In this document: piece by piece, positions 31,256 through 40,127 of the stretch
Layout of the letters: every line of letters starts with the position of its first letter
Position numbering within the stretch: the stretch's first letter is position 1
Assembly: GCA_963752525.1 (NCBI GenBank)
Contig: CAVVYS010000004.1
Location: 317,394-381,393 of the forward strand
Length of the DNA: 64,000 bases
Origin: an uncultured Bacteroidaceae bacterium
Lineage (GTDB): Bacteria; Bacteroidota; Bacteroidia; Bacteroidales; SM23-62
Reading direction: 5' to 3'
The notes under the pieces: model-generated
Told to the model about the DNA's origin: nothing
The model's input: only the letters and a program-made list of their open reading frames with translations
Databases searched by the model: none
Made by a program: the position numbers and the translations under genes

Positions 31256-32746
31256 TTATTCAGGCAATTCTGTTACATCAGGTGATGAGGATTCCGAAGG
31301 ATCTTCAGAGGTAGTAGGTTCATCAGAGTCCATCGTACTAGTCAAATCTTCCGCTTCGCCATCTTTTGCGGCTTCATCCTCTTTCGGAGAGCCCTTGAGG
31401 TAATCTGGTAGGCTCATTCCTGCCTGCTGGAAGAGGTCTTCGAGAGGCGGGATGGATTTAAGCAGGCCGGAGAAGAAGTTAGCCGTAGCCGGGGTATGAC
31501 CATCTGCACCGCTTGACATGGTATCCCATACGGTAACCTTATCAATCTTCAGGTTCTTGATAGCCTCAACCTGCTTGCCTACAAGTTCGGGTAATTTATC
31601 TGCAATCATATACAGGACAGCTTTCTGAGCATCGTTTTCTGCTGCATCTACAAGCATCTTAAATCCATCTGCCTGTTTAGACAGCATCTCATAGATACCT
31701 TTACCTTCTGCCTCCATCTTCATGAAAATGGCATCCGCTTCACCTCTGGCATGTCTTCTGGTCTGCTCAGCTATGGCTTCAGCGGCTATTTCTATCTTTT
31801 GCTTATCAATCTGAACCGGAATTATAATATCGGCTTTCTGGGTGGCTTCCTCACGAAGTGCCCTGCTTATTTCTGCTTCTTTTTCAGCCACATAGGCTTC
31901 CTCTAGGGCTTTGGCCTCGTTAACCTTTTCGGCTGCTACTGCTTTTTTCTCAGCTTCTGCTTCTTTGAGCCTCCTGTCTGCATTTGAATTGGCAATCTGA
32001 ATGGTGGCCGTATTTTCTCCCTCAACGGCAGTGGCATTGGCATTAGCCACCTGAATTCGCTGGTCTCTCACAGCGTTTGCTTCGCCGATGGATCCATCCC
32101 TGTTCTTTTCCGCCACGATCTTCTTGGCATCATTGATGGCCTTGGCAGCAGCCTCTTTCCCGAGTGCTTCAATATATCCGGATTCGTCATTAATATCTGT
32201 AACATTTACATTGATCAGTTTCAGTCCAACCTTTTTCAGTTCAGCCTCCACATTACTTGAAACAGCTTCCAGGAAAAGGTCCCTGTTGCTGTTAATCTCT
32301 TCAATGTCCATCGTTGCTACAACCAGACGCAGCTGGCCGAAGATGATATCCTTTGCAAGGTTGCTGATCTCTTCCTGGCTCAATCCCAATAAGCGTTCGG
32401 CAGCATTCGTCATAATGCCTGATTCTGTAGTTATCCCAACGGTAAAGATGGAGGGGACATCAACCCTTATGTTCTGTTTACTCAGCGCACTTTTCAAATT
32501 GATCTCAATGGGAATGGGAGTCAGATCAAGAAAAGCATAGTTTTGAATCACAGGCCAGATAAATGCAGCACCTCCATGGATGCATTTGGCGGACCTGTAT
32601 TCAGCCTGCTTATTTTGACCAATTTTACCATAAATAACCAGTATCCGGTCTGAAGGACATCTTTTATACCTTCTGAGAAAGCTGATAAGGAGGATGAAAA
32701 CAAAAAGTATCCCCAGGCTGATAACTACAACAACATACTGACCCAT
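31256..32746 (-). CDS. Flotillin-family SPFH/band-7 protein (YqiK-like)
   Basis: N-terminal TM, SPFH domain, long Ala/Glu-rich coiled coil (EAEAEKKAVAAEKVNEAKALEE...), acidic C-terminal tail. Confidence 0.85.
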   Translation of the reverse strand: MGQYVVVVISLGILFVFILLISFLRRYKRCPSDRILVIYGKIGQNKQAEYRSAKCIHGGAAFIWPVIQNYAFLDLTPIPIEINLKSALSKQNIRVDVPSIFTVGITTESGIMTNAAERLLGLSQEEISNLAKDIIFGQLRLVVATMDIEEINSNRDLFLEAVSSNVEAELKKVGLKLINVNVTDINDESGYIEALGKEAAAKAINDAKKIVAEKNRDGSIGEANAVRDQRIQVANANATAVEGENTATIQIANSNADRRLKEAEAEKKAVAAEKVNEAKALEEAYVAEKEAEISRALREEATQKADIIIPVQIDKQKIEIAAEAIAEQTRRHARGEADAIFMKMEAEGKGIYEMLSKQADGFKMLVDAAENDAQKAVLYMIADKLPELVGKQVEAIKNLKIDKVTVWDTMSSGADGHTPATANFFSGLLKSIPPLEDLFQQAGMSLPDYLKGSPKEDEAAKDGEAEDLTSTMDSDEPTTSEDPSESSSPDVTELPE

Positions 32747-32764
32747 AATGTTTTAGAATTTAGG

Positions 32765-33349
32765 TTATTTACTATGTTTTACCAATAAGACTTCATTGTT
32801 AATGACATCTACTACTTCCACGACAGATCCTGTCTTGATATCCGCTTCTTCGTCGGTAATGGCGTCCAGGGTCCTGAATCCCTGAACCTTGATCTGTACC
32901 TTACCCATACCACTCCTCTTCGCCGGAACCGTGAGGTAGGTGGTTGCAATCTTTCCGACGGCATTCTTCAGGTTGAGGTTACCCTGTTCGGTGAGTTTAC
33001 CCATCAGATAGACTATGGTTGACATGATTGTCATCATAAGGAGACCGGCCATGACGGATACAATCACCGTGAAGACCATGCTTTTTCCGGAAGCCAGGCA
33101 GGCTACTCCCGTCCATCCAAAAATGGTGAAAAACCCGACCAGGTTCTTGATACTCAGATATTGAAAACCAATTCCTGTGTCTGAATCCACCTCCATATCC
33201 ACATCCATATCCCCACTGTCAATATCACCTCCAATTAAAGTCATCACCATCATGATCAGGAAAATCAGGGTAAAAGGAATGGCAATTAACCAGTATACTT
33301 TTTCAGCCACCATCATGCCTGACCACCAGGTTTCGAGTAAAAATTCCAT
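32765..33349 (-). CDS. NfeD-family membrane protein (YqiJ-like partner of flotillin)
   Basis: Multi-TM N-terminal half plus C-terminal OB-fold-like beta domain (KVQIKVQGFRTLDAITDEEADIKTGSVVEVVDV); positioned immediately downstream of flotillin as in yqiJK-type pairs. Confidence 0.6.
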   Translation of the reverse strand: MEFLLETWWSGMMVAEKVYWLIAIPFTLIFLIMMVMTLIGGDIDSGDMDVDMEVDSDTGIGFQYLSIKNLVGFFTIFGWTGVACLASGKSMVFTVIVSVMAGLLMMTIMSTIVYLMGKLTEQGNLNLKNAVGKIATTYLTVPAKRSGMGKVQIKVQGFRTLDAITDEEADIKTGSVVEVVDVINNEVLLVKHSK

Positions 33350-33814
33350 TTTTTTTTAATTTGTATCTAAATGTAATCAAAAGGAAACAAAAGTTTGCCT
33401 ATTCTGATTAAAAAATATGATCATCCAATCCGGATGTTTTAGTTCCTAAAAATCAACCGTTAGAATTTTTCAGGTTGTTGACCTTGTAATCTGTATTGCC
33501 TACTTTTAATAGTAGTAGAGGAGGAGAGCATTATCTTACCCGAGCTTCATTTCTTTGCAGGAAATATTACTAACCGGTCATTAATATCGTGATGCCATGG
33601 AGAATAAACCTGGAGATCTCAGTGATTTTCTATGTTTAATATGGCTGAGAGGGCAGGGGCAGATGAAGCAAAAGTTAAAAACTGTCTTACTGGTATTACT
33701 TTCAAGTATTCTTATATGGTGTTGCTGTGACAAAGCAATTTGTTACCGTTTCCGCAATCGTGCAAGAACTTAGTTTCCTGGGTAGCTGAAAATGGATTTA
33801 TTATTGGGGTTGGT

Positions 33815-34204
33815 TTAGTGATCAAAATACGTTTTCATCGGATTGAAATAATGGTCTATCCAACCTTGTTTGTAATCAGGTTGTCCCACAGGGAGATTTT
33901 TATGTGTTAACAGCAATTCACATCCCTCATCATTGTCTTCAATTTCAATTATTATTTCCGAATCCTCATCATCAATGCTGAAATCAGATGTTCTCCAGCT
34001 TTGTATTATTTTATTAAAGGGATTAAGCTGAATGTTTTTTCCTGTTATATATCCGTCCCATGAGGAAAATTCTTCTTCTTCCTTATCACTACAAATGGCT
34101 TCACCTCCGGTCATTTCTGAATGCGATTTGCTATCCAGCCAGGCATTGTATAAATCTGAGGCATTTACAGGAAATTTTTCCTTCAATTCAAAGGCATCTT
34201 TCAT
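33815..34204 (-). CDS. SRPBCC-superfamily (AHSA1-like) small protein
   Basis: 129 aa; second paralogue-like copy in the window (see 15684..16061). Confidence 0.5.
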   Translation of the reverse strand: MKDAFELKEKFPVNASDLYNAWLDSKSHSEMTGGEAICSDKEEEEFSSWDGYITGKNIQLNPFNKIIQSWRTSDFSIDDEDSEIIIEIEDNDEGCELLLTHKNLPVGQPDYKQGWIDHYFNPMKTYFDH

Positions 34205-34236
34205 TGTTTTGGATGTTTATTAATTACTCAATTAAA

Positions 34237-35748
34237 TTAGCTAAAAGACAACCAGGAACTAGTGTCTTTATAATCTTCAATTGGAGAAACCCTGGTTTGA
34301 AATAGATAGGAGCTTACCAACATAGAAATTTCCTGTTTCATGGTTTCTATACTGTTTTTAATTAAATCTTGTCTAAATCCTTTAATGCCCAAATCTTCAA
34401 CAAGATTGGCAGAAACTACCCTACTTATTATTTTCCCTAAATCAACGCTCTTTCGCTGTTTCATTTTCAGGTCTACTGTAAAATTTAACATCGATTTAAA
34501 ATGATCAGCCACATTATTCGTCAATTTAAAATCCTTTAAAAACGCTGCAAGATTCATTGTTTTATGGCGATTCATTAATTTCAATACCATCTCGGAAATT
34601 TGTGAGAAAAGCATGTCATTAGAACCTTCAAATATCTGGAAAGGTCTGGAATCGACAATTCCCCTTGAGCCAACACTTTCAGTTTTATAACCGTTGGCTC
34701 CACTAAGCTGCGTTAAAGTCTGGGCTGATTCCTGCATTAAGTCGGTTATATATGCCTTTATACTGTTGGCTTCGATTGCCTCTGCAGCCAGATTATTTTC
34801 TATACCACTGAAACCAGCACTTCTTGTACACATAGCCGAACATATAGTAAATGCACTTTGAATTCTGGAAATCTGGTGTTGCACCTGATCTAAGGCCATT
34901 AATGGCCTTCCTCCAATAAAACGGGAAGTGCAGTGGGTAATAGCTTCATCCAGCATCCTGCGAATGAATCCCATGCCCATTCCGGGGAAATGAAAACGAC
35001 TCCTGTGTAACAGATCCATCATTAATTTTAGCCCTGTCGATTCAGGTTGAAGTTTGAATTGCTCAGGCACCTGAATGTCGATAATATTTTTTCCGTAAGG
35101 GATGGGGTATAAACCGATGTTGTTATAATATTCCTCAACCTGGATGTGCTGTTCAGGTTGTTGGGCATCACAAATAAAAAAATCGATATCTCTTCCCAAT
35201 TCACCGTTTTCATATTTTTGACGGGAAGCGATCAACCAGTAATCAGCCATCCCTGTTAAACCCTGCCAATGTTTGATTCCCTGGATATGATAATGGGAAT
35301 CCTTCTTTACATTTGAAGTTTGCATATTTAATGCATCGCTTCCATAATCCGGTTCTGTTATCATCAAACCACCCATGTTTTGTTGGGTTAGGAACCTATG
35401 AAATACATTTTCTTTAACAGCATCTTGTGCATATTTTGCTACCGGTTCCAGGAAGAGGGCAATGTTGATACCAAATGTTAAGGAAAGTGGAAGAGACTCA
35501 TATGCGGCAGCTTCCAGCATCCCGAGACATTCTTTCACCTCAATCCCTCTTCCTCCATATTCTTTGGGAATGCCCACAGATAAAGGGCGTGTTGCCATGA
35601 TATCCCGTAAAACCAAAGCCGGGAATCCTCTTTTCTGAATGAATTTTTCTATGTTGTCTCTTTCGTAGAAAGCATTTTTTAATGTTTTCTTGAAAGAGGT
35701 TAAAAAGTCTGAAAAAGGTATATGTTCAGCAATTTTTTGAGTGATCAT
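34237..35748 (-). CDS. Acyl-CoA dehydrogenase-family protein (503 aa, long form)
   Basis: ACAD middle-domain motif GGLMITEPDYGSDALNMQT and C-terminal helical domain; ~40 percent GC. Confidence 0.72.
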   Translation of the reverse strand: MITQKIAEHIPFSDFLTSFKKTLKNAFYERDNIEKFIQKRGFPALVLRDIMATRPLSVGIPKEYGGRGIEVKECLGMLEAAAYESLPLSLTFGINIALFLEPVAKYAQDAVKENVFHRFLTQQNMGGLMITEPDYGSDALNMQTSNVKKDSHYHIQGIKHWQGLTGMADYWLIASRQKYENGELGRDIDFFICDAQQPEQHIQVEEYYNNIGLYPIPYGKNIIDIQVPEQFKLQPESTGLKLMMDLLHRSRFHFPGMGMGFIRRMLDEAITHCTSRFIGGRPLMALDQVQHQISRIQSAFTICSAMCTRSAGFSGIENNLAAEAIEANSIKAYITDLMQESAQTLTQLSGANGYKTESVGSRGIVDSRPFQIFEGSNDMLFSQISEMVLKLMNRHKTMNLAAFLKDFKLTNNVADHFKSMLNFTVDLKMKQRKSVDLGKIISRVVSANLVEDLGIKGFRQDLIKNSIETMKQEISMLVSSYLFQTRVSPIEDYKDTSSWLSFS

Positions 35749-35959
35749 ATATTTGTACTTAAGGTTAATGCAAAGCTAATATATATATATGTAAATAAGC
35801 AAACTGGTATTTTTTCAACAATTAAGGAGACTTTTATTTAATCATCCGTGTTCGACAAATTAAAATTCTGTATTTTTAATTCATATCATGAAGGTCAAGC
35901 CTCCAGGGATTATCCTTCTCAATCTTTTATTGTTATTCTTCAGAAAAAATCTTAAAAAA

Positions 35960-37309
35960 ATGGATAGGCGAAAATTTGTTAAAAACACTGGTTATACTAC
36001 CGGAATGATGGCCTTAGCACCTGTTACTCTAAAGAATTTTGTAAAACAAAGTCCAAATGACACCCTGAATGTGGCAGTTGTCGGAATCAGTGGATCGAAC
36101 CGGCCGAGGGTCAGGGGGATGATAGGTGGCCGTGGCATGGTGCATGTGAATACGTATGCCGATATCTCCAATGTAAGGGTTGCTGCTATCTGCGATGTTG
36201 ATGAAAGATTGTTGCCGGGAGCTGCAGCCGAAGTGGAGAAACTTTTCGGGCAAAAACCCAGGACAGAGGTTGATTTTCGCAAACTGATCGAAGACAAGGA
36301 TATAGATGTAATATCTGTGGCTACCCCTGATCACTGGCATGCTCTCCAGACCGTCTGGGCATGCCAGGCTGGAAAGGATGTTTACGTGGAGAAGCCGGCA
36401 CATCAGTTAGTTGCCGAAGGAAAAAAAATGATAGAAGCCGCCAGGAAGTACGATCGTATTGTTCAAAACGGGATCACATGGAGAAGCAGCAAGGCCACAA
36501 AAGCAGGTGTTAAGTTTATCGCTGACGGCAAACTTGGTGATGTCTATATGGCCAGGGGAATTGTCTATCGGCATCGCGTAAGTATAGGGCATATGGAAGA
36601 TAGTCCCATTCCTGATGGAGTGCATTGGGACATGTTTCTCGGTCCCGCTCCATACCGCCCCTTCAATGAAAACAGGTATATCTATCAGTGGCACTGGAAC
36701 TGGGATACCGGCACTACTGAATTTGGAAACAACGGTATCTACAGGATGGACGGGGCCCGCTGGGCAATGAATATTGATACCCATCCTGTGAAGATACATT
36801 GCAGCGGGGGGCTATACGGACGAAAAGATGACCAGGAAGTACCCAATATTCTATCGGCCATCTATGAATACGAGGATGGTAAAATCATTCAGAATGAGGT
36901 GAGAAGCCTCTATACCAATCCCGAGGGTGTGGAGAACCACAGCGGTACTTTCATTTACAGCGATGAGGGCTGGATGGCCCTCAACGGAGGTAGCTTTAAA
37001 ACCTATTTTGGTAAAAATAATGAACCCGGACCTGCCATGTCTGATGATGATCTTCCCGAAGAGGAAAAAACCAATGTCTGGAAAAATTTCATTGAATGTG
37101 TCAGGAGCAGGAAGGTGCAGGATCTTGATTGCGATATTGCGGAAGGCCATTTATCTGCCTCACTGGGTCACCTGGGAAATATAGGCTACCGGACTGGTCG
37201 CAAATTGACCTTTAATCCGGAAACTGAGAAATTTGCAAACGACAAGGAGGCTGATGTTTTGCTGACGAGGGAATACCGTGATCCCTATATAATGCCTGAT
37301 AAAGTATAG
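35960..37309 (+). CDS. Tat-exported Gfo/Idh/MocA-family oxidoreductase
   Basis: ORF track starts 35888; twin-arginine signal from Met 35960 (MDRRKFVKNTGYTTGMMALAPVTL); Rossmann VAVVGISGSN and EKP motif (VYVEKPAH). Confidence 0.85.
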   Translation: MDRRKFVKNTGYTTGMMALAPVTLKNFVKQSPNDTLNVAVVGISGSNRPRVRGMIGGRGMVHVNTYADISNVRVAAICDVDERLLPGAAAEVEKLFGQKPRTEVDFRKLIEDKDIDVISVATPDHWHALQTVWACQAGKDVYVEKPAHQLVAEGKKMIEAARKYDRIVQNGITWRSSKATKAGVKFIADGKLGDVYMARGIVYRHRVSIGHMEDSPIPDGVHWDMFLGPAPYRPFNENRYIYQWHWNWDTGTTEFGNNGIYRMDGARWAMNIDTHPVKIHCSGGLYGRKDDQEVPNILSAIYEYEDGKIIQNEVRSLYTNPEGVENHSGTFIYSDEGWMALNGGSFKTYFGKNNEPGPAMSDDDLPEEEKTNVWKNFIECVRSRKVQDLDCDIAEGHLSASLGHLGNIGYRTGRKLTFNPETEKFANDKEADVLLTREYRDPYIMPDKV

Positions 37310-37342
37310 ATCGACTCAAACCATAACCATAAAAAAATCATC

Positions 37343-38239
37343 ATGAAAAATATTTTTTCCAGAAGGAATTTTATCCGAACCGCAGCCTTATCAGGAACAG
37401 CCCTTGCCATGCCAGGAAAATTAAGCAGTGCATCCCCCTCATTAAAGGCTGATTCAATTAAGCTAAATGAAAATCCACTGAAACTTGGAGTTATGACCTA
37501 TACCCTCGCCAAGGAATGGGACATTGAAACCATTATCAAAAATTTAAGTGAAGCCGGCTACCAATCAGTAGAATTACGTACAACACATGCCCATGGCATT
37601 GAAGTAACAATGAGTGAAAATGATCGCAGGGAAGTAAAAAAGCGATTCGAAGACTCTCCGCTTGAGGCCATCAGCCTGGCAAGTGCTTTCCAGTACCACT
37701 CACCGGATCCTGCGGAGCTGAAACAAAACATTGAAGGAACGAAAGAGTACACCTTGCTGGCCCGTGATGTAGGAGCGCTGGGATTCAGGGTATTCCCCAA
37801 TGATCTGCCGGAAGGAATACCGGAGGAAAAGACCATGGAACAAATAGGGAAAGCACTGGCTGAAGTAGGCGAACATGCTTACAATCATGGCGTTGAGATA
37901 CGATTATGTGTCCATGGGAAAAGAACGAGCAGGATCCCTGTCATCAAAAAGATCATTGACTATTCAGAGAGCCCGTATGTTTATGTAAATTGGAACTGTG
38001 ATGCAAAAGATACGGAAGGGCAGGGCCTCGAATACAATTTTAATTCCATCAAAGACCGGATCCGGAGCCTCCACATTCATGAACTCTGGGATGAGTACCC
38101 ATACCGTCAGCTTTTCAGCCTGCTTTCAGCAAACAATTTCACCGGTTACTGCAATGCTGAAATTTCCGGGAATCCTGATCCAGTAAGGTTTATGAGATAC
38201 TACCGGGGATTGTTCCTGGCTCTTCAGAATGCCCTCTAA
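37343..38239 (+). CDS. Tat-exported sugar phosphate isomerase/epimerase (xylose-isomerase-like TIM barrel)
   Basis: Twin-arginine signal SRRNFIRTAALSGTALA; TIM-barrel AP-endonuclease-2/xylose-isomerase-like fold motifs. Confidence 0.8.
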   Translation: MKNIFSRRNFIRTAALSGTALAMPGKLSSASPSLKADSIKLNENPLKLGVMTYTLAKEWDIETIIKNLSEAGYQSVELRTTHAHGIEVTMSENDRREVKKRFEDSPLEAISLASAFQYHSPDPAELKQNIEGTKEYTLLARDVGALGFRVFPNDLPEGIPEEKTMEQIGKALAEVGEHAYNHGVEIRLCVHGKRTSRIPVIKKIIDYSESPYVYVNWNCDAKDTEGQGLEYNFNSIKDRIRSLHIHELWDEYPYRQLFSLLSANNFTGYCNAEISGNPDPVRFMRYYRGLFLALQNAL

Positions 38240-38253
38240 TAATTACAATCCTT

Positions 38254-39057
38254 ATGCATTCAGATCAGAAAAAAATAAACTTGTTATATCCTATACTGAC
38301 ACTAACAATAATTATGTTCGGCTCTTCAGCTTTTACCCAGAACCTTGAAAAGCTTAATTCTTTTGTTTACAACTGGAATGATCTTGAAGTAGTGGAAACG
38401 AAATCTGGCGAAAAGCGGCCGGTTTTTGAAGGTTATACGAATTCACTCATCTATTTCGAAGTTCATGTAACTACATTAAATCCTGGGAAAGCCCCACATG
38501 GAAGCCATGTTCATACAGACATGGAAGAACTGATTATTGTAAAAGAGGGAAAAATAGAACAGAGCATAAATGGAGCAAAAAAGGTTCTCGGACCAGGGAG
38601 TGTAATCCTCGCTTCTCCCGCTGATGACCACGGGATCTGGAATGCTGGAGAAACACAGGCCTCATATTATATTATTCGCTGGAAAACGAAAGGACCTCCG
38701 GACCTGAATCGGTCGAAACAAGCAGGCGGTTCTCAATTTTACAACTGGAATGATATAGATTTTATAACCACGGCCAAGGGAGGCAAACGGCAATTCATGC
38801 AACGCCCAACTGCCACCCTGGAGGAACTGGAAATGCACGTAACGACACTGAATGAAGGAATTACAAGCCATGATGAACATGTCCATGAATCTGAAGAGAT
38901 TATTCTTGTTCTAAAAGGTGAGGTAGAGGAAAGCATCAACGGAAATCAGCACAGAGCCGGCCCGGGCTCGCTGATACTACTATTGGATAATGCTTCACAC
39001 GGAATCAGAAACTCAGGGACCGGGCAGTGTGAGTATTTCGCGTTTAAATGGAAATAG
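38254..39057 (+). CDS. Exported bicupin protein
   Basis: N-terminal signal/TM; two cupin modules each with His-rich metal motif (HVHTDMEE...HGIWN and HDEHVHESEE...HGIRN) and tandem internal repeat ending ...RWK / ...KWK. Confidence 0.65.
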   Translation: MHSDQKKINLLYPILTLTIIMFGSSAFTQNLEKLNSFVYNWNDLEVVETKSGEKRPVFEGYTNSLIYFEVHVTTLNPGKAPHGSHVHTDMEELIIVKEGKIEQSINGAKKVLGPGSVILASPADDHGIWNAGETQASYYIIRWKTKGPPDLNRSKQAGGSQFYNWNDIDFITTAKGGKRQFMQRPTATLEELEMHVTTLNEGITSHDEHVHESEEIILVLKGEVEESINGNQHRAGPGSLILLLDNASHGIRNSGTGQCEYFAFKWK

Positions 39058-39082
39058 TTGGTAATCTGATAAGCAAGTAGAT

Positions 39083-40093
39083 TTGTACTCCCATAAACAC
39101 TATTCCACTGTTTTTCAACACATTATTATGATTCTCAGTTGGTATAAAATCATTGTTCTGATCTCAATCGTTATCCTATTCCCGCTCAGCGGTAATTCAC
39201 AGCATGAGAGTATTCCGGAACTTTTTACTGAAATTAGTAGTGAACCCCAAATCATATTTTGCAAGAATGAATTGGAGGTCAATAATCAGGGAGGTCATTT
39301 ACAGGGCGTTCAATTATTGGTAAAAGACCAAGTAGAATATGCCATCTTATCGGGAAGCTCAGGAACCTATGCTTATTATGCAGTTGCCAAACTGGATTGG
39401 TATACTCAGGTACTTTCTGTAAATGAACTGATGCAGAAGCCATTTAAGCATGCCGGGGGTATTCAGTTATTTCAAGATCTTATGGTCGTCGGAATTGAGG
39501 ACAATGATGCGAAGGACAAATCCAAAATATGCATCTATGAGATTGAGAATCCGGAAATGCCTCCTGTAAAACCTATGATGATGATAGAGAGGAATGGAGA
39601 ACCATATAGATCCAGTGCGGGTTGTATTGCAATAAATAAAATCGGGGACCGGTATCTTATCATTGTTGGGGACTGGGATACAAAACATCTTGATTTTTAT
39701 CTCAGTGAAGATCAAAAGCTTGAGCAGGAGACAAATACCTTTGACAATGTATATACAATTGATACAGAAATAATGGACAGATGTGGATGGTTGGATAAAG
39801 AATGGCATGCCTATCAGAACATAAACCTGCTGAGGGATGCAGATAACCAATTATATCTTATTGGATTTGGACAAAGCGCTCATAATGAGAATATTGCAGA
39901 CCTGTTCCTTGTTAAGGATAAGAATTCAAGGGAATTTAGTCTGAAAAAACTCATTTCTAAAAAATTCAATTGTGAAGAGGGTGCTGACTTCCGATCCGGT
40001 GCAGGAATATTTTTTCAGTCAGAAGGAAAGCTGAAGGTTATCGCCTGTGGTTCGAATATTAGAGACTCAGTCGTTTTGAATATATTTGATTAG
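39083..40093 (+). CDS. Hypothetical exported protein (no recognised domain)
   Basis: 336-aa ORF, N-terminal TM/signal (MILSWYKIIVLISIVILFPLSG, probable start 39128); good coding periodicity; no family recognised. Confidence 0.5.
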   Translation: MYSHKHYSTVFQHIIMILSWYKIIVLISIVILFPLSGNSQHESIPELFTEISSEPQIIFCKNELEVNNQGGHLQGVQLLVKDQVEYAILSGSSGTYAYYAVAKLDWYTQVLSVNELMQKPFKHAGGIQLFQDLMVVGIEDNDAKDKSKICIYEIENPEMPPVKPMMMIERNGEPYRSSAGCIAINKIGDRYLIIVGDWDTKHLDFYLSEDQKLEQETNTFDNVYTIDTEIMDRCGWLDKEWHAYQNINLLRDADNQLYLIGFGQSAHNENIADLFLVKDKNSREFSLKKLISKKFNCEEGADFRSGAGIFFQSEGKLKVIACGSNIRDSVVLNIFD

Positions 40094-40127
40094 TTTTTAT
40101 ATAAACAATCTATAACGTAGCCAGATT

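Noticed and set aside
31096-31314. 72-aa plus-strand ORF in the dehalogenase/flotillin spacer
   Set aside because: Its 3' part overlaps the flotillin C-terminus antisense and it has no signal or structure features; the spacer is better interpreted as non-coding regulatory DNA.
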